From positions 32,001 through 96,000 of the forward strand of contig CAWEEQ010000003.1 of assembly GCA_963808235.1 (NCBI GenBank): a stretch of 64,000 nucleotides of DNA, in the 5' to 3' direction. The position numbers and the translations under genes were made by a program. Under the pieces are notes generated by a model that had not been told where the DNA came from, did no database searches, and worked only from the letters and a program-made list of their open reading frames with translations. Every line of letters begins with the position of its first letter. The first letter of the stretch is position 1. Below are positions 33,602 through 43,129 of the stretch, piece after piece. Source of the DNA: an uncultured delta proteobacterium. Lineage in GTDB: Bacteria > Desulfobacterota > Binatia > Binatales > Binataceae.

Positions 33602-34417
33602 CTATTGCGGCATCGGATGCGACTTCACGAAAGGCACGAACACTTTCAGAAATTCATCGCGACCCTCGGACATAAAGGCGTGGCCTGCACCCGCGATGAG
33701 GTGCAATTTCGCGCCGGGGATTTGCGCGGCGAGAATCTCCGAGTTTTTTGCCGGGATGAGAACGTCTTCGGCGCCCGTGATCACCAGTGTCGGCGCCTTG
33801 ATTTGCGGCAAGCGCTCGAAGGTCTTGAGCGTGTAGGTGGCTTCAAGCTGGCGCTGGAACGCAAACGGCGGAGTTGGAAATTTGAGCAGGCGCGACATCG
33901 CGGCCTCGAGCTTGGCGCGATTCTCCTTGATGTACTTCGGCGTGTACCCAAGCGGCCATCCGCGGCGAATCACCTCCTCGGGTGAGACGCCTTCGCGCGG
34001 CGCGGTCAAGATTTTCAGCGATTCGGGCGGTGGCGGCACTGAACGCGTGCCACCGGCGGTGGTGCATCCGAGCGTGAGCGTCGCGGTCTGCGTGGGATGG
34101 CGCAGCGCGAACTCCTGCGCGATCATCCCGCCCATCGAGACGCCGAAAATGTGTGCGCGCGGTGCTTCGAGCCTCTTGAGCAGCCCGGCGGCGTCGTCGG
34201 CGAACATCTCGATCGAGTACGGCGCGTCGGGTTTGTCGCTCTGCCCGGTGCCGCGATTGTCAAACGTGATCACGGACCAGGTGCGCGCGAGGTCCTCGAC
34301 CAACTCGGGATCCCATGCCGCGGAACTCGCGCCCAGGCCCATTATCATCAGGAGCGGTTCGCCTTTTCCGTACCGATCGTAGTTGAGATTCACATCGCCG
34401 ACTTGAACTTTGGGCAT
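33602..34417 (-). CDS. Alpha/beta hydrolase
   Basis: DNRGTG, GVSMGG nucleophile elbow and AGH. Confidence 0.92.
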   Translation of the reverse strand: MPKVQVGDVNLNYDRYGKGEPLLMIMGLGASSAAWDPELVEDLARTWSVITFDNRGTGQSDKPDAPYSIEMFADDAAGLLKRLEAPRAHIFGVSMGGMIAQEFALRHPTQTATLTLGCTTAGGTRSVPPPPESLKILTAPREGVSPEEVIRRGWPLGYTPKYIKENRAKLEAAMSRLLKFPTPPFAFQRQLEATYTLKTFERLPQIKAPTLVITGAEDVLIPAKNSEILAAQIPGAKLHLIAGAGHAFMSEGRDEFLKVFVPFVKSHPMPQ

Positions 34418-34454
34418 TTTTGACTTCCTTCGCGACGGCCAGCGGCCAGACGCT

Positions 34455-34883
34455 CTATTTGTTACTACAAAATCCGTGCTTCTTCATGTAATCGACCGAG
34501 TTGCCGGTAAGCGCGTCCTCGGGCGTCGCATCGGCTCGATAGATCGATGTGTGCTGCGGATCGAAGTAGCACATGAGCTTGATAGCCTGCCCCGCGGGGA
34601 TTTGGAATTCGACCGAGTCGGGCATATTGGGCGGTCCGTACGAACTCGCGCTCGGCGCGGCGGCCTGTTGCGCCACCTTGGCAGATCCGCCGTCCGTAAC
34701 CTGGCACATCTTTACCGCGTCAATCTGGCAATTGCCGGCTGGAGCGGGTGAAATCTGCGTGCTCGCGAGGTTCGGCGTCTGCGCTGTTTTGCTCGAGCAG
34801 GCAGCGGACCAAATCGCGATCGCCGCGAGCATTCCATGCAACGAAATTCTAAGCGTGAGTTTACGAGTTCCGATCGTCATCAT
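34455..34883 (-). CDS. Hypothetical lipoprotein
   Basis: Lipobox-like SAAC after a hydrophobic stretch; four further Cys. Confidence 0.7.
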   Translation of the reverse strand: MMTIGTRKLTLRISLHGMLAAIAIWSAACSSKTAQTPNLASTQISPAPAGNCQIDAVKMCQVTDGGSAKVAQQAAAPSASSYGPPNMPDSVEFQIPAGQAIKLMCYFDPQHTSIYRADATPEDALTGNSVDYMKKHGFCSNK

Positions 34884-35109
34884 AATTGCCCCAGTTTTTC
34901 AGGCTGCGCTCGACGCACATGGGAAGCTGCGCGGATCCAGCGCGCGCCGGTTGGCCGCTTCATTTGCGACCGGCAAGATTACGGAACCGATTACGGAATC
35001 GTCCATGCAGAGTCAGTTTCCTTTTATGCCGGATCGAAAGAAAAGAGAACCTGCAAAATGAGGGCCGATCGCACTCGAGGAGCATTTGTCGTGACACCTA
35101 TCGGCCGAT

Positions 35110-35349
35110 TCAGCCGCTCGGGCCGCGCACCGCCTTAACGGTATCGAGCAGATATTCCACCGCACCCTGCAGTTCTTCGAACGACGCATCGTCGCCGCGT
35201 TCGACCAGAGTCTGCACTCTGTCATAGGCCTCTGCGATCGATTCGAGAATGCGCGGTACAAATATACTTCTGGCGTTCATTGGACGTTCTCTCATGATAG
35301 GGGATCGATTGTTTCTATCGATCTGTTCGTGGTGCGAACTCTTCTTCAT
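35110..35349 (-). CDS. Small hypothetical protein
   Basis: Plausible helical protein composition; no motif recognised. Confidence 0.4.
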   Translation of the reverse strand: MKKSSHHEQIDRNNRSPIMRERPMNARSIFVPRILESIAEAYDRVQTLVERGDDASFEELQGAVEYLLDTVKAVRGPSG

Positions 35350-35417
35350 AGCTCATCGTCGTGTAGCTGCACGGGTCGTGGATCAACTCAATTGCTTTCT
35401 GACCAGATCATTGTTCA

Positions 35418-35684
35418 TCACCCGTGTTTCTTGAAGAAGTGGATTGCGACATATGCGACACCACCCCACGCGGCGAGGCTGACTAAGACTGTAAACGAGA
35501 AGACGACAATGCGTGATTTCAAGTCTTTCATCGGAATACTTCCGTAGTTGCCTAGAGTGCGACGAGTTAAGGGAGCGTCCATTCGCGCTGACGTAGACCC
35601 GGCCCGCGCCTGCGTCCTCTCTATAAACCCATGTGTTTGGTCTTTGATTTTTTCGTCCACCGAAGACTCTCCACGTCTGCTCAT
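35418..35684 (-). CDS. Small hypothetical protein with one C-terminal TM helix
   Basis: Hydrophobic segment followed by KKHG; start codon uncertain. Confidence 0.35.
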   Translation of the reverse strand: MSRRGESSVDEKIKDQTHGFIERTQARAGSTSARMDAPLTRRTLGNYGSIPMKDLKSRIVVFSFTVLVSLAAWGGVAYVAIHFFKKHG

Positions 35685-35718
35685 TTTCTGAACGGTTCGA
35701 CGGTGCGTGCGGACCTTG

Positions 35719-38403
35719 CTAGTACCGATTGCCCTTGCCGCTCAGACTGACCACCTGCGGACTGTTGGTGGCGTTATCGTGGAGCGGCAAGTTGCCGGAT
35801 CGCTTCCCCATGGCAGTCGGACGGAAGGTAATGCTGATTGTGCACGTCTGGTGCGCAGCCAGATCGACGCCGCAGGTATTGGTTTGCGTAAAGTCGCCAG
35901 TAACTGGCATTGCACTGAATTTCACCGATGCGCCGCTGTCGTTGATCACCTTCAAGAGCCTGGGCGGACTTATGGTGCCAACTTTCTGAGCGCGGAATTT
36001 CAAGTTGGCGGGAGAGACTAACAGGGCACCGGGTGTGGCCGTGGCAGTGGGCGTCGCAGAGGCGGTCGCCGTTGCGGTCGTGGTGGGGGTCGCGGTGGGA
36101 GTTGGAGTCCTGGTCTTAGTCGCCGTAGCTGTCCGAGTCGCCGTAGCTGTCCGAGTCGCTGTGGCTGTCCGAGTCGCTGTAGCCGTCCGAGTCGCTGTAG
36201 CCGTCCGACTGGCAGTCGCCGTTGCAGTTGCGGTTGTCGACGGCGTACCGGTGGGAGACGTGGTGGGTGACGGCGTGGGCGTCGCGGCTGGCGTAGGCGT
36301 CGGGGGCGGAGCGGAACTGCTGATGAGCAGGATGTGCGCCTGGTAGGGCTGGAATGTCGAGGAGAAGGTCGTGCTGGTATCGGTCGCACTGCTGATACCG
36401 GTGTCGTAGTCGATAACGCTGGCCGCCGGCTGCGCGAGGGTGAACTGGGCGGTGACCGGAGAGGCGCTGTGGTTGTACGCGAACAGATAGCGGGTTCCGT
36501 CGGCGCCGACCTTGGTCTTGGTGAACACGGTGCCGGTTTCGGAGTTCGCGCTGATCACAGTGGCGTCGGGGCTCACCAACACCGGCTCGAGCGATTTGAT
36601 CTCGGTGGTTACGTTGATCAACTCCTGGTACAGCGCTGCCTTCTCGACCGGATCTTTCACCCACTGCAGCGCGCGCTCGCCATAGGACCAGTAGAAGAGG
36701 CCAGTGGCACCCTCGACGATCGCAATCCAGCTCATGTCGTGCAGTTGCTGCTGGGTGGGCCATGGCGAGGTCGAATACATCTGGAAGAACTGGATGACGG
36801 TCCACACCGGGCGCGCGCCGTGACCCGCCTGGTAGGCCGCGCGAGTCCAGTCCGCAACCAGGCCAAGATCGTTTCCGCTGGGGCGCGAGATCGGATACGG
36901 ATCGACGCCCAGGATATCCACCGAGTCCTTCCAGAACGGGAGGTCGTTGGGATGGTCGATCACCGCCAGGTTGAAGCCGGAGGGATCGGCGGCCTTGATC
37001 AGCGAATATTGGTGGAAGGTTTCCGGCTGCACCGCCAGCGCGGGCTCGTCCTGAGCGTAATAGCCCACCACTCCGGGGTCGGACGACAAGGTGGAGGCAT
37101 AGTCGGTAATCAGCTGATCCTGATCATCGGTGCCGAACTCCTTGGCGACTCCGGTCGGAAAATTCTTGTTGTTGGTATAGTAGCTGCCCACGTCGGGGAG
37201 AAAGGTCATCCCGAATGGGCGCATCGCCGTGGTGTAGGCGGTGATCGCCTGGGTCGGCGCATTGGTGATGTAGTAGTTGATAATCATGTTGATCGGCGCC
37301 TGGGCGATCGCGGCCAGCTCCGCCTGGTAGTAAGCGGCGCTGTCCGAATAGTTGGTGGTGTCGTAGATTCCGAGCACGAAGTGCGGATTGCCATCGATGA
37401 AATGGGCCATGTTGGCCGGGTCGATCCACGCCTTCATGCCCGAGCGCGCCGCCGCGTCGAGCTTGACGATCGCGTAGGGGCTCTGCGCGATGAGCACATT
37501 GCCGCTGCCATCCTCGAGCTTCCCCGCCAGCTGATAGGTCCCCGGCGGCAATGCTCCCATGTCGAGGGTGCCGGTAAACTCGGCCGACGCGGGAGTGAAG
37601 GTCTGGCTGGCTACGGTATCGCCGCCGGCGTCGACCGCGTCGATTTCAACCCGAAGGCTCTCAAGCGAGGTTCCCGCCGGCGGGGTGACGGTCAGGTCCA
37701 GGCTCGCGACCTGGCTCTGATCTGAAAACATCAGACCGCGGTAGTTCGGGTAGAGCAGAAACATCCGCAGTCCCGGCGGTATCTCCTGCTGCAGCGACAA
37801 ATTTGCGAACCATGCGCTCCCGCTCATTGGATAGCCGTAGGCCCACAGGCGCACCGATGAGGTCTCGCCCGCGGGGACGACCAGATGCGGCATGGTGATG
37901 GTGGACCAGTCGGTGGTGCCGTTTACGGCCGGGGTGCGCCCGGACTGCATCAGCGCGAAAACCGCGCCGTCGCCCGCATTGCCGTTGGTCAGGCCTTCGG
38001 TTTTGATCTGGCCGCTGAGCGTATAGATCTGTCCGCCCGCCACCGTAACTGAATTCTTTGCCACCGGCGGGTAGGGCCCGCAGGTTGACGGTGGAGTAAG
38101 CTCGAGACTGACCGCTCCATTCGGAGCCGGCGTGGTCGAATCAAGGCCGAAGCAGGAACTGGGTACTATCCAGCCGCTAGTTCCTTGTGAGAAGTCGCCG
38201 TTCGCCAGCAGATTGGAACTCAACGTCCAGCCCACTTCCGGCGCGGTCAAGCCGCCGTCAACTACCGCCTGCGCATTGGCACTAGCTACACATCCCAGTG
38301 ACAGCGCGCAAAGTGTTAGTAGTAAGACAAAACATTTTGTTAACGCCGCGGTAGCTAATGACTGAATACCCAGGTGTTTGCCTTGCCTGCACTCGCGATT
38401 CAT
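35719..38403 (-). CDS. Secreted glycoside-hydrolase-like protein: CBM-like domain, TIM-barrel-like domain, Thr/Ala linker, choice-of-anchor-D Ig domain
   Basis: NLLANGDF CBM start; GYYAQDEP, GVDPYP and GATGLFYW; TATATR repeats; terminal NSPQVVSLSG. Confidence 0.8.
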   Translation of the reverse strand: MNRECRQGKHLGIQSLATAALTKCFVLLLTLCALSLGCVASANAQAVVDGGLTAPEVGWTLSSNLLANGDFSQGTSGWIVPSSCFGLDSTTPAPNGAVSLELTPPSTCGPYPPVAKNSVTVAGGQIYTLSGQIKTEGLTNGNAGDGAVFALMQSGRTPAVNGTTDWSTITMPHLVVPAGETSSVRLWAYGYPMSGSAWFANLSLQQEIPPGLRMFLLYPNYRGLMFSDQSQVASLDLTVTPPAGTSLESLRVEIDAVDAGGDTVASQTFTPASAEFTGTLDMGALPPGTYQLAGKLEDGSGNVLIAQSPYAIVKLDAAARSGMKAWIDPANMAHFIDGNPHFVLGIYDTTNYSDSAAYYQAELAAIAQAPINMIINYYITNAPTQAITAYTTAMRPFGMTFLPDVGSYYTNNKNFPTGVAKEFGTDDQDQLITDYASTLSSDPGVVGYYAQDEPALAVQPETFHQYSLIKAADPSGFNLAVIDHPNDLPFWKDSVDILGVDPYPISRPSGNDLGLVADWTRAAYQAGHGARPVWTVIQFFQMYSTSPWPTQQQLHDMSWIAIVEGATGLFYWSYGERALQWVKDPVEKAALYQELINVTTEIKSLEPVLVSPDATVISANSETGTVFTKTKVGADGTRYLFAYNHSASPVTAQFTLAQPAASVIDYDTGISSATDTSTTFSSTFQPYQAHILLISSSAPPPTPTPAATPTPSPTTSPTGTPSTTATATATASRTATATRTATATRTATATRTATATRTATATKTRTPTPTATPTTTATATASATPTATATPGALLVSPANLKFRAQKVGTISPPRLLKVINDSGASVKFSAMPVTGDFTQTNTCGVDLAAHQTCTISITFRPTAMGKRSGNLPLHDNATNSPQVVSLSGKGNRY

Positions 38404-38811
38404 AAGTCCCCTCCCTGTCGGCGATCGTCGCCGAGCCGTTTGCGAGACTCGGCGTGCGCGACAACGCGCGTCGAATCAGCCCCCGGAAATTTCACTGGGT
38501 ATGCGTTCAGTTGGCGCCGAAAGTGTTCATTCCAACTGAACCAGAGATATGGAGAGATTGTGACTCGGAGTTTCGCTTCAGGCTCGAAATATTCTCGGAG
38601 CAGAGCCTTCGTCTCGGTGCGAGGTCAAACCTGCGAGACGTTGTGACCAGGATTCCTAACGACTCAGGCAACTGCTGGCCCTCAAGCACCGCAAACCCCG
38701 AGGTTGCGTGTTCCGAACTTGTGACTCACCGTCAATCGGGAAGGAGGAAGGTTCAATGCCTCATTGGCAGCATGCAGATGTTCGACGCGTAAGATCGTCG
38801 ATTCGCTGGCT

Positions 38812-38844
38812 AGCGCGCCGCCGCAGCACATACGGCGGCGCGCT
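38812..38844. other. Perfect 12-bp hairpin in a 700-bp intergenic region
   Basis: agcgcgccgccg / cggcggcgcgct. Confidence 0.6.
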
Positions 38845-39103
38845 CCAGTTCGCGATGAACTCCGTTTCCTCGTGCCTCCTTGGTGTTCGGTCACAAACGA
38901 GGCGTGCAGCCAGAGTGAACCGAATGTTCAGTCCGCCTGCATCTCTAGGTTCAGCGCCCGAGCAAACGCTAATGATCCAGCCCGGTTGTGGACGCCCACG
39001 CCAAGTGTCGTAGCCGTAGGTAACGCGATGCCGATCTTAAGGCGGCGGCCTGAAGATCAAGCACCACTCGGTGTCAAAAAGACTTGACGTGAGTTGAGCG
39101 CTG

Positions 39104-41335
39104 TTGGATCGTTCTCAAGTTCGACACACCAGACTTGGGGGAGGTCGTCGGAACGAGTTGTCGGCACAGAGGCCAGTCAAGGTTGCAATCATCGGCGGTG
39201 GATGCGGCGCGATTGCCGCAGCTTTCGAGCTAAGCCGTCCCGCGCACCAGGGCAAATATGAGATAACCGTCTACCAACTCGGCTGGCGTCTCGGCGGCAA
39301 GGGAGCGTCGGGGCGGGGACCTGCTGGTCGAATTGAAGAGCACGGTTTCCACGTTTGGTTTGGCTTCTACGAAAACGCATTTCGCCTCATGCGCGAATGC
39401 TACGCCGAACTAGGTAGAGATCCGCGGACATGCAGGATCTCGGATTGGCGAGATGCCTTTTTTCCGGCGCCATTCATCGGAATCGCCGCGCAATCGGAAG
39501 CTGGTCCCTCCCAAACATGGTTGTCCTACTTTCCCGCGGCTGAAGGCCTGCCGGGTGATCCGCCGACCAACACTCAACCGTTCAGCATATCGTCCTACCT
39601 GGCACATACCGCTTCCGCGTTGCGATCGATGCTAATGGCAGGAGAGTCGCTGGCCACAAAACAGCGGGAAGATGCGCGGACCGAAAACCAGCCGACGGAC
39701 TCCCTGAATGCGTTTCTCAATATCGGAAGCGGGCAACCCGAAGACCTCACAATGCGGATCGCGCGCCTTCTCAAATATGGCCTGCTAGCGACGACCGCAG
39801 GCATAGTTGAAGGACTCGGACTCCTTCGCGTGATGTTCGAACGACTCGCAGTTTATCCTCAGATCGTTCTACCCTTTTTGGAAGCGATCTCGTCCGCGGC
39901 CCGACAACAAATCGAACCTCTCTTCAGTCGCGATCCTGAACTGGCTCTGGTCTGGCAGGCTATCGATCTTGGGATGACTGCGATGCTTGGAATAATCAGG
40001 TTTGGGCTGGTTTCCGATCCGAAAGGGTTCGACGCCATAAATGACTACGACTTTCGGGAGTGGATGCGTATCAATGGTGCATCTGAAACCACCATCAACT
40101 CCCCTCTGGTTCGCTCGTCGTACGATCTTGCAATGGCCTACGAGGACGGCGATTACAGCCGGGCTCGTCACGCGGCCGGCGTCGCTCTGCGGGGCTCCCT
40201 TCGATTTCTGTTTACCTACCGTGGCTCTCTCGTATGGAAAATGCGCGCTGGCATGGGAGACGTAGTGTTCGCACCATTCTACGAAGTGCTCAAGCGGCGC
40301 GGTGTCTCCTTCAGATTTTTTCATCGGCTCCAGAACGTGAAGCTGGCTCAAGCGGAAGATCCACGTTCGGGTAAACACGGTCATGTAAAGGAACTCCGGT
40401 TCGGCGTCCAGGCTGAAGTGCGTAGCGGCGATTACAATCCCCTGATTGATGTCGACGGTCTTCCTTGCTGGCCATCGACGCCCGACTATTCGCAGCTGGT
40501 AGACGGTAGCGAGCTGAGGGGCCAGAAATTCGAATCACACTGGGATATGCGCACGGTCGGGACCAAGGTCTTGCGCGTGGGCGAGGATTTCGACTTCGTC
40601 GTTCTGGGTATTGGCCTTGGTGCGATTCCTTTCGTTTGTCAGGACCTTATCGAAAGGGACGAGAAATGGCGCAATATGGTTACTCGAATCAAAACCGTTG
40701 AGACCCAGGCCTTCCAGCTCTGGCTGAATGAAGGTATGGAATCACTCGGCTGGAATGGACCGCCGATCTCGATGTGTGGCCTGCCCCGACCTTTCGACAC
40801 CTGGGGCGACATGAGACATCTCATTTCCGAAGAGAAATGGCCGGTGGCGCCCAAGGCGATCGCGTACTTTTGCAGCGCGCTTACTGACCCACCTGATGCA
40901 GGGCTCAAGTCAAGCGATGCTGACTACGAATCAGGGCGCAGAGAGCAGGTCCGCAAGAGTGCGATTGGATTTCTCAACAATGAGATTGGTCAGCTCTGGC
41001 CGCACGCCATCAGGCATCCTGGCAAATTCAGGTGGGAGCTGTTGACCTCGATGAACGGTTCGGACGTCCGAGAAGAAGCTCGTTTTGACACACAATTCTG
41101 GACCGCGAACGTCAATCCCTCTGACCGCTATGTGCTCTCTCTTCCGGGTACGCAGAAGTATCGAATTTCTCCTTTGGATAATACCTACGACAATTTGACA
41201 ATCGCTGGTGACTGGACCGCTTGCGGGTTGGACACCGGGTGCGTGGAGTCTGCCGTCATCTCGGGCCGGCTGGCCGCTCATGCGATTTCCAAGTATCCTG
41301 CGTTGACCGAGATTGTCGGCTATGACCATCCCTGA
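39104..41335 (+). CDS. FAD-dependent oxidoreductase, CrtP/CrtQ/HpnE-like (COG3349-type)
   Basis: IIGGGCG Rossmann motif, LGGK, EHGFHVWFGFYEN and C-terminal AGDWT...CVESAVISG; the start may be TTG at 39158. Confidence 0.85.
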   Translation: MDRSQVRHTRLGGGRRNELSAQRPVKVAIIGGGCGAIAAAFELSRPAHQGKYEITVYQLGWRLGGKGASGRGPAGRIEEHGFHVWFGFYENAFRLMRECYAELGRDPRTCRISDWRDAFFPAPFIGIAAQSEAGPSQTWLSYFPAAEGLPGDPPTNTQPFSISSYLAHTASALRSMLMAGESLATKQREDARTENQPTDSLNAFLNIGSGQPEDLTMRIARLLKYGLLATTAGIVEGLGLLRVMFERLAVYPQIVLPFLEAISSAARQQIEPLFSRDPELALVWQAIDLGMTAMLGIIRFGLVSDPKGFDAINDYDFREWMRINGASETTINSPLVRSSYDLAMAYEDGDYSRARHAAGVALRGSLRFLFTYRGSLVWKMRAGMGDVVFAPFYEVLKRRGVSFRFFHRLQNVKLAQAEDPRSGKHGHVKELRFGVQAEVRSGDYNPLIDVDGLPCWPSTPDYSQLVDGSELRGQKFESHWDMRTVGTKVLRVGEDFDFVVLGIGLGAIPFVCQDLIERDEKWRNMVTRIKTVETQAFQLWLNEGMESLGWNGPPISMCGLPRPFDTWGDMRHLISEEKWPVAPKAIAYFCSALTDPPDAGLKSSDADYESGRREQVRKSAIGFLNNEIGQLWPHAIRHPGKFRWELLTSMNGSDVREEARFDTQFWTANVNPSDRYVLSLPGTQKYRISPLDNTYDNLTIAGDWTACGLDTGCVESAVISGRLAAHAISKYPALTEIVGYDHP

Positions 41336-41350
41336 AACGGCGAGAACGGC

Positions 41351-42064
41351 ATGAGCGACCGCGAGCGCCTGCGTCGAGAAGAACCGGAGAGAACCGGTCC
41401 CATACGCAATTTCTCCGGTCTATACCAATGGTCCGGTTCTGAAACCCGCTCTGCCAAGCCATCCTCTCCGAGTAGCGGTTCCGACGAAGGGCCGGAAGAT
41501 TCGCGTGAAGAAAGTGTAGGTCTTGCTTATCGCGTGATTGAGAAACATATAAGCGACGGCAAAAAGAGCGCCGGACAATTCAACAACAAGTCGTACAATA
41601 TGAGCGCGCTGACAGATGGATTACAGGACGTTCTGGAACGCACGATCCGCAGCCAGATCGAGTTGATTCCAGGATGGATCGACGCGCTTGGTTCTGCCTT
41701 CCGGGTCGACCCGGCGCGAATGCCCTACCCGCCGGCATCACCCGCTAACTCCCAATTCAACGGCGCTGCCAAACAAGCCTCGAAGCCGATATCGATTGAG
41801 GTCGCCTCGGTCCGGCCGGTGCGCGTTTCAATCAATTTCAGTGAAAACGGCGAGCCGCTTCCCGTGGTCTCTCTCCGCGATGGTCTTGACGAAACCAAGC
41901 CCCAACTGAGCGGGGTCAGCTTTGCATTTGACGCCGCGTCGGGGGAAATGAAGGTAAGGATTTCGGTGCCCGACAACCAGCCTCCAGGCGTTTATTCCGG
42001 GGTGATTGTAAGCCGGGAAACGGGCGAGCCTCTGGGAACTCTGAGCGTGCAAATTGCGGGTTAG
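41351..42064 (+). CDS. Hypothetical protein (helical N-part, beta-rich C-domain)
   Basis: Tightly spaced within the operon (15 and 25 bp gaps). Confidence 0.75.
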   Translation: MSDRERLRREEPERTGPIRNFSGLYQWSGSETRSAKPSSPSSGSDEGPEDSREESVGLAYRVIEKHISDGKKSAGQFNNKSYNMSALTDGLQDVLERTIRSQIELIPGWIDALGSAFRVDPARMPYPPASPANSQFNGAAKQASKPISIEVASVRPVRVSINFSENGEPLPVVSLRDGLDETKPQLSGVSFAFDAASGEMKVRISVPDNQPPGVYSGVIVSRETGEPLGTLSVQIAG

Positions 42065-42089
42065 TTAAGATCTCAAAGCAGGCGATGCG

Positions 42090-43124
42090 ATGACCTCCGG
42101 CAACGGTTCAGGTCTGGTTTCCACGATCTTGCGCGAGTACGGCAGCCTGACGCGTGCCGCACTAAAGGAATACCTGCCCGAGCGGGAACCGCGTCGCTAT
42201 CTATACGATCTCCTCAACGACTATCCGCAACGCGGCGGCAAGATGATGCGACCCAGCTTGTGCATCGCTACCGCTCGTCTGTTCGGTGCGCCGATCGAAC
42301 AAGCGATCCGTACCGCGGTTGCGATTGAACTGCTGCACAACGCATTGCTTATTCACGACGATATTGAGGACGGCAGTGAAAGGCGAAGAGGAGCCCCTAC
42401 TCTTCATCTGCTGCACGGAGTGCCACTCGCCCTCAATGCCGGTGACATGCTGTCGCTGATGGCTCTCCGCCCACTACTCGACAATCGCGGCTTCCTCGGC
42501 GACCAGCTCGCACTTCGAATTCTCGAAGAGACCGAGCGAATGGCGCGCGAGTGTGCTGAGGGTCAGTCGATGGAACTCGGCTGGCGTCACTACAACGCGA
42601 CTGAAATCGGTGACGGCGAATACCTGGAGATGGTGCTGAAGAAGACTTGCTGGCTGGCAACCATTTTCCCGATTCGGGTTGGCGCGTTAATAGGCAGCCG
42701 CGGGACCGCCGATCTGGAAGCCTTTTTGCGCTTCGGATTCTTCCTCGGCGCCGCCTTCCAGATTCAGGACGACCTGCTCAATCTGGTTGCAGATGAGAGC
42801 TACGGCAAAGAGCGCGACGGCGATCTCTGGGAAGGCAAACGGACGCTGATACTAATCCATGCCCTTCGTGAGTCGACTTCTGAGGAACGGGAGCGGCTCT
42901 GTGCCGCGTTATGCGGTTCTCGGGAAAAACGACTGGCAGGAGAAGTGCAATGGATGCGCTCGTTGATCGATAAGTACGAGGGCGCTCGCTATGCGCGCCG
43001 AATCGCCCAGGAACTGGCCGGCGCTGCGCTTCATGAGTTCGAGCTGCTAGCCGGCGGACTGCCCGATTCGCGAGACAAGGTGTTCCTTGGACGGATGGCA
43101 ACCTGGGTGATCGAAAGAAACTGA
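42090..43124 (+). CDS. Polyprenyl diphosphate synthase family protein
   Basis: GGKMMRP, HDDIED..RRG, GQ, KT and FQIQDDLLN motifs. Confidence 0.93.
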   Translation: MTSGNGSGLVSTILREYGSLTRAALKEYLPEREPRRYLYDLLNDYPQRGGKMMRPSLCIATARLFGAPIEQAIRTAVAIELLHNALLIHDDIEDGSERRRGAPTLHLLHGVPLALNAGDMLSLMALRPLLDNRGFLGDQLALRILEETERMARECAEGQSMELGWRHYNATEIGDGEYLEMVLKKTCWLATIFPIRVGALIGSRGTADLEAFLRFGFFLGAAFQIQDDLLNLVADESYGKERDGDLWEGKRTLILIHALRESTSEERERLCAALCGSREKRLAGEVQWMRSLIDKYEGARYARRIAQELAGAALHEFELLAGGLPDSRDKVFLGRMATWVIERN

Positions 43125-43129
43125 AGGAA

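Noticed and set aside
38425-38486. Minus-strand gggggctgattcgac...gcacgccgag resembles tmRNA
   Set aside because: Far too short, leads straight into an RBS and CDS, and has no 3' acceptor/T-arm
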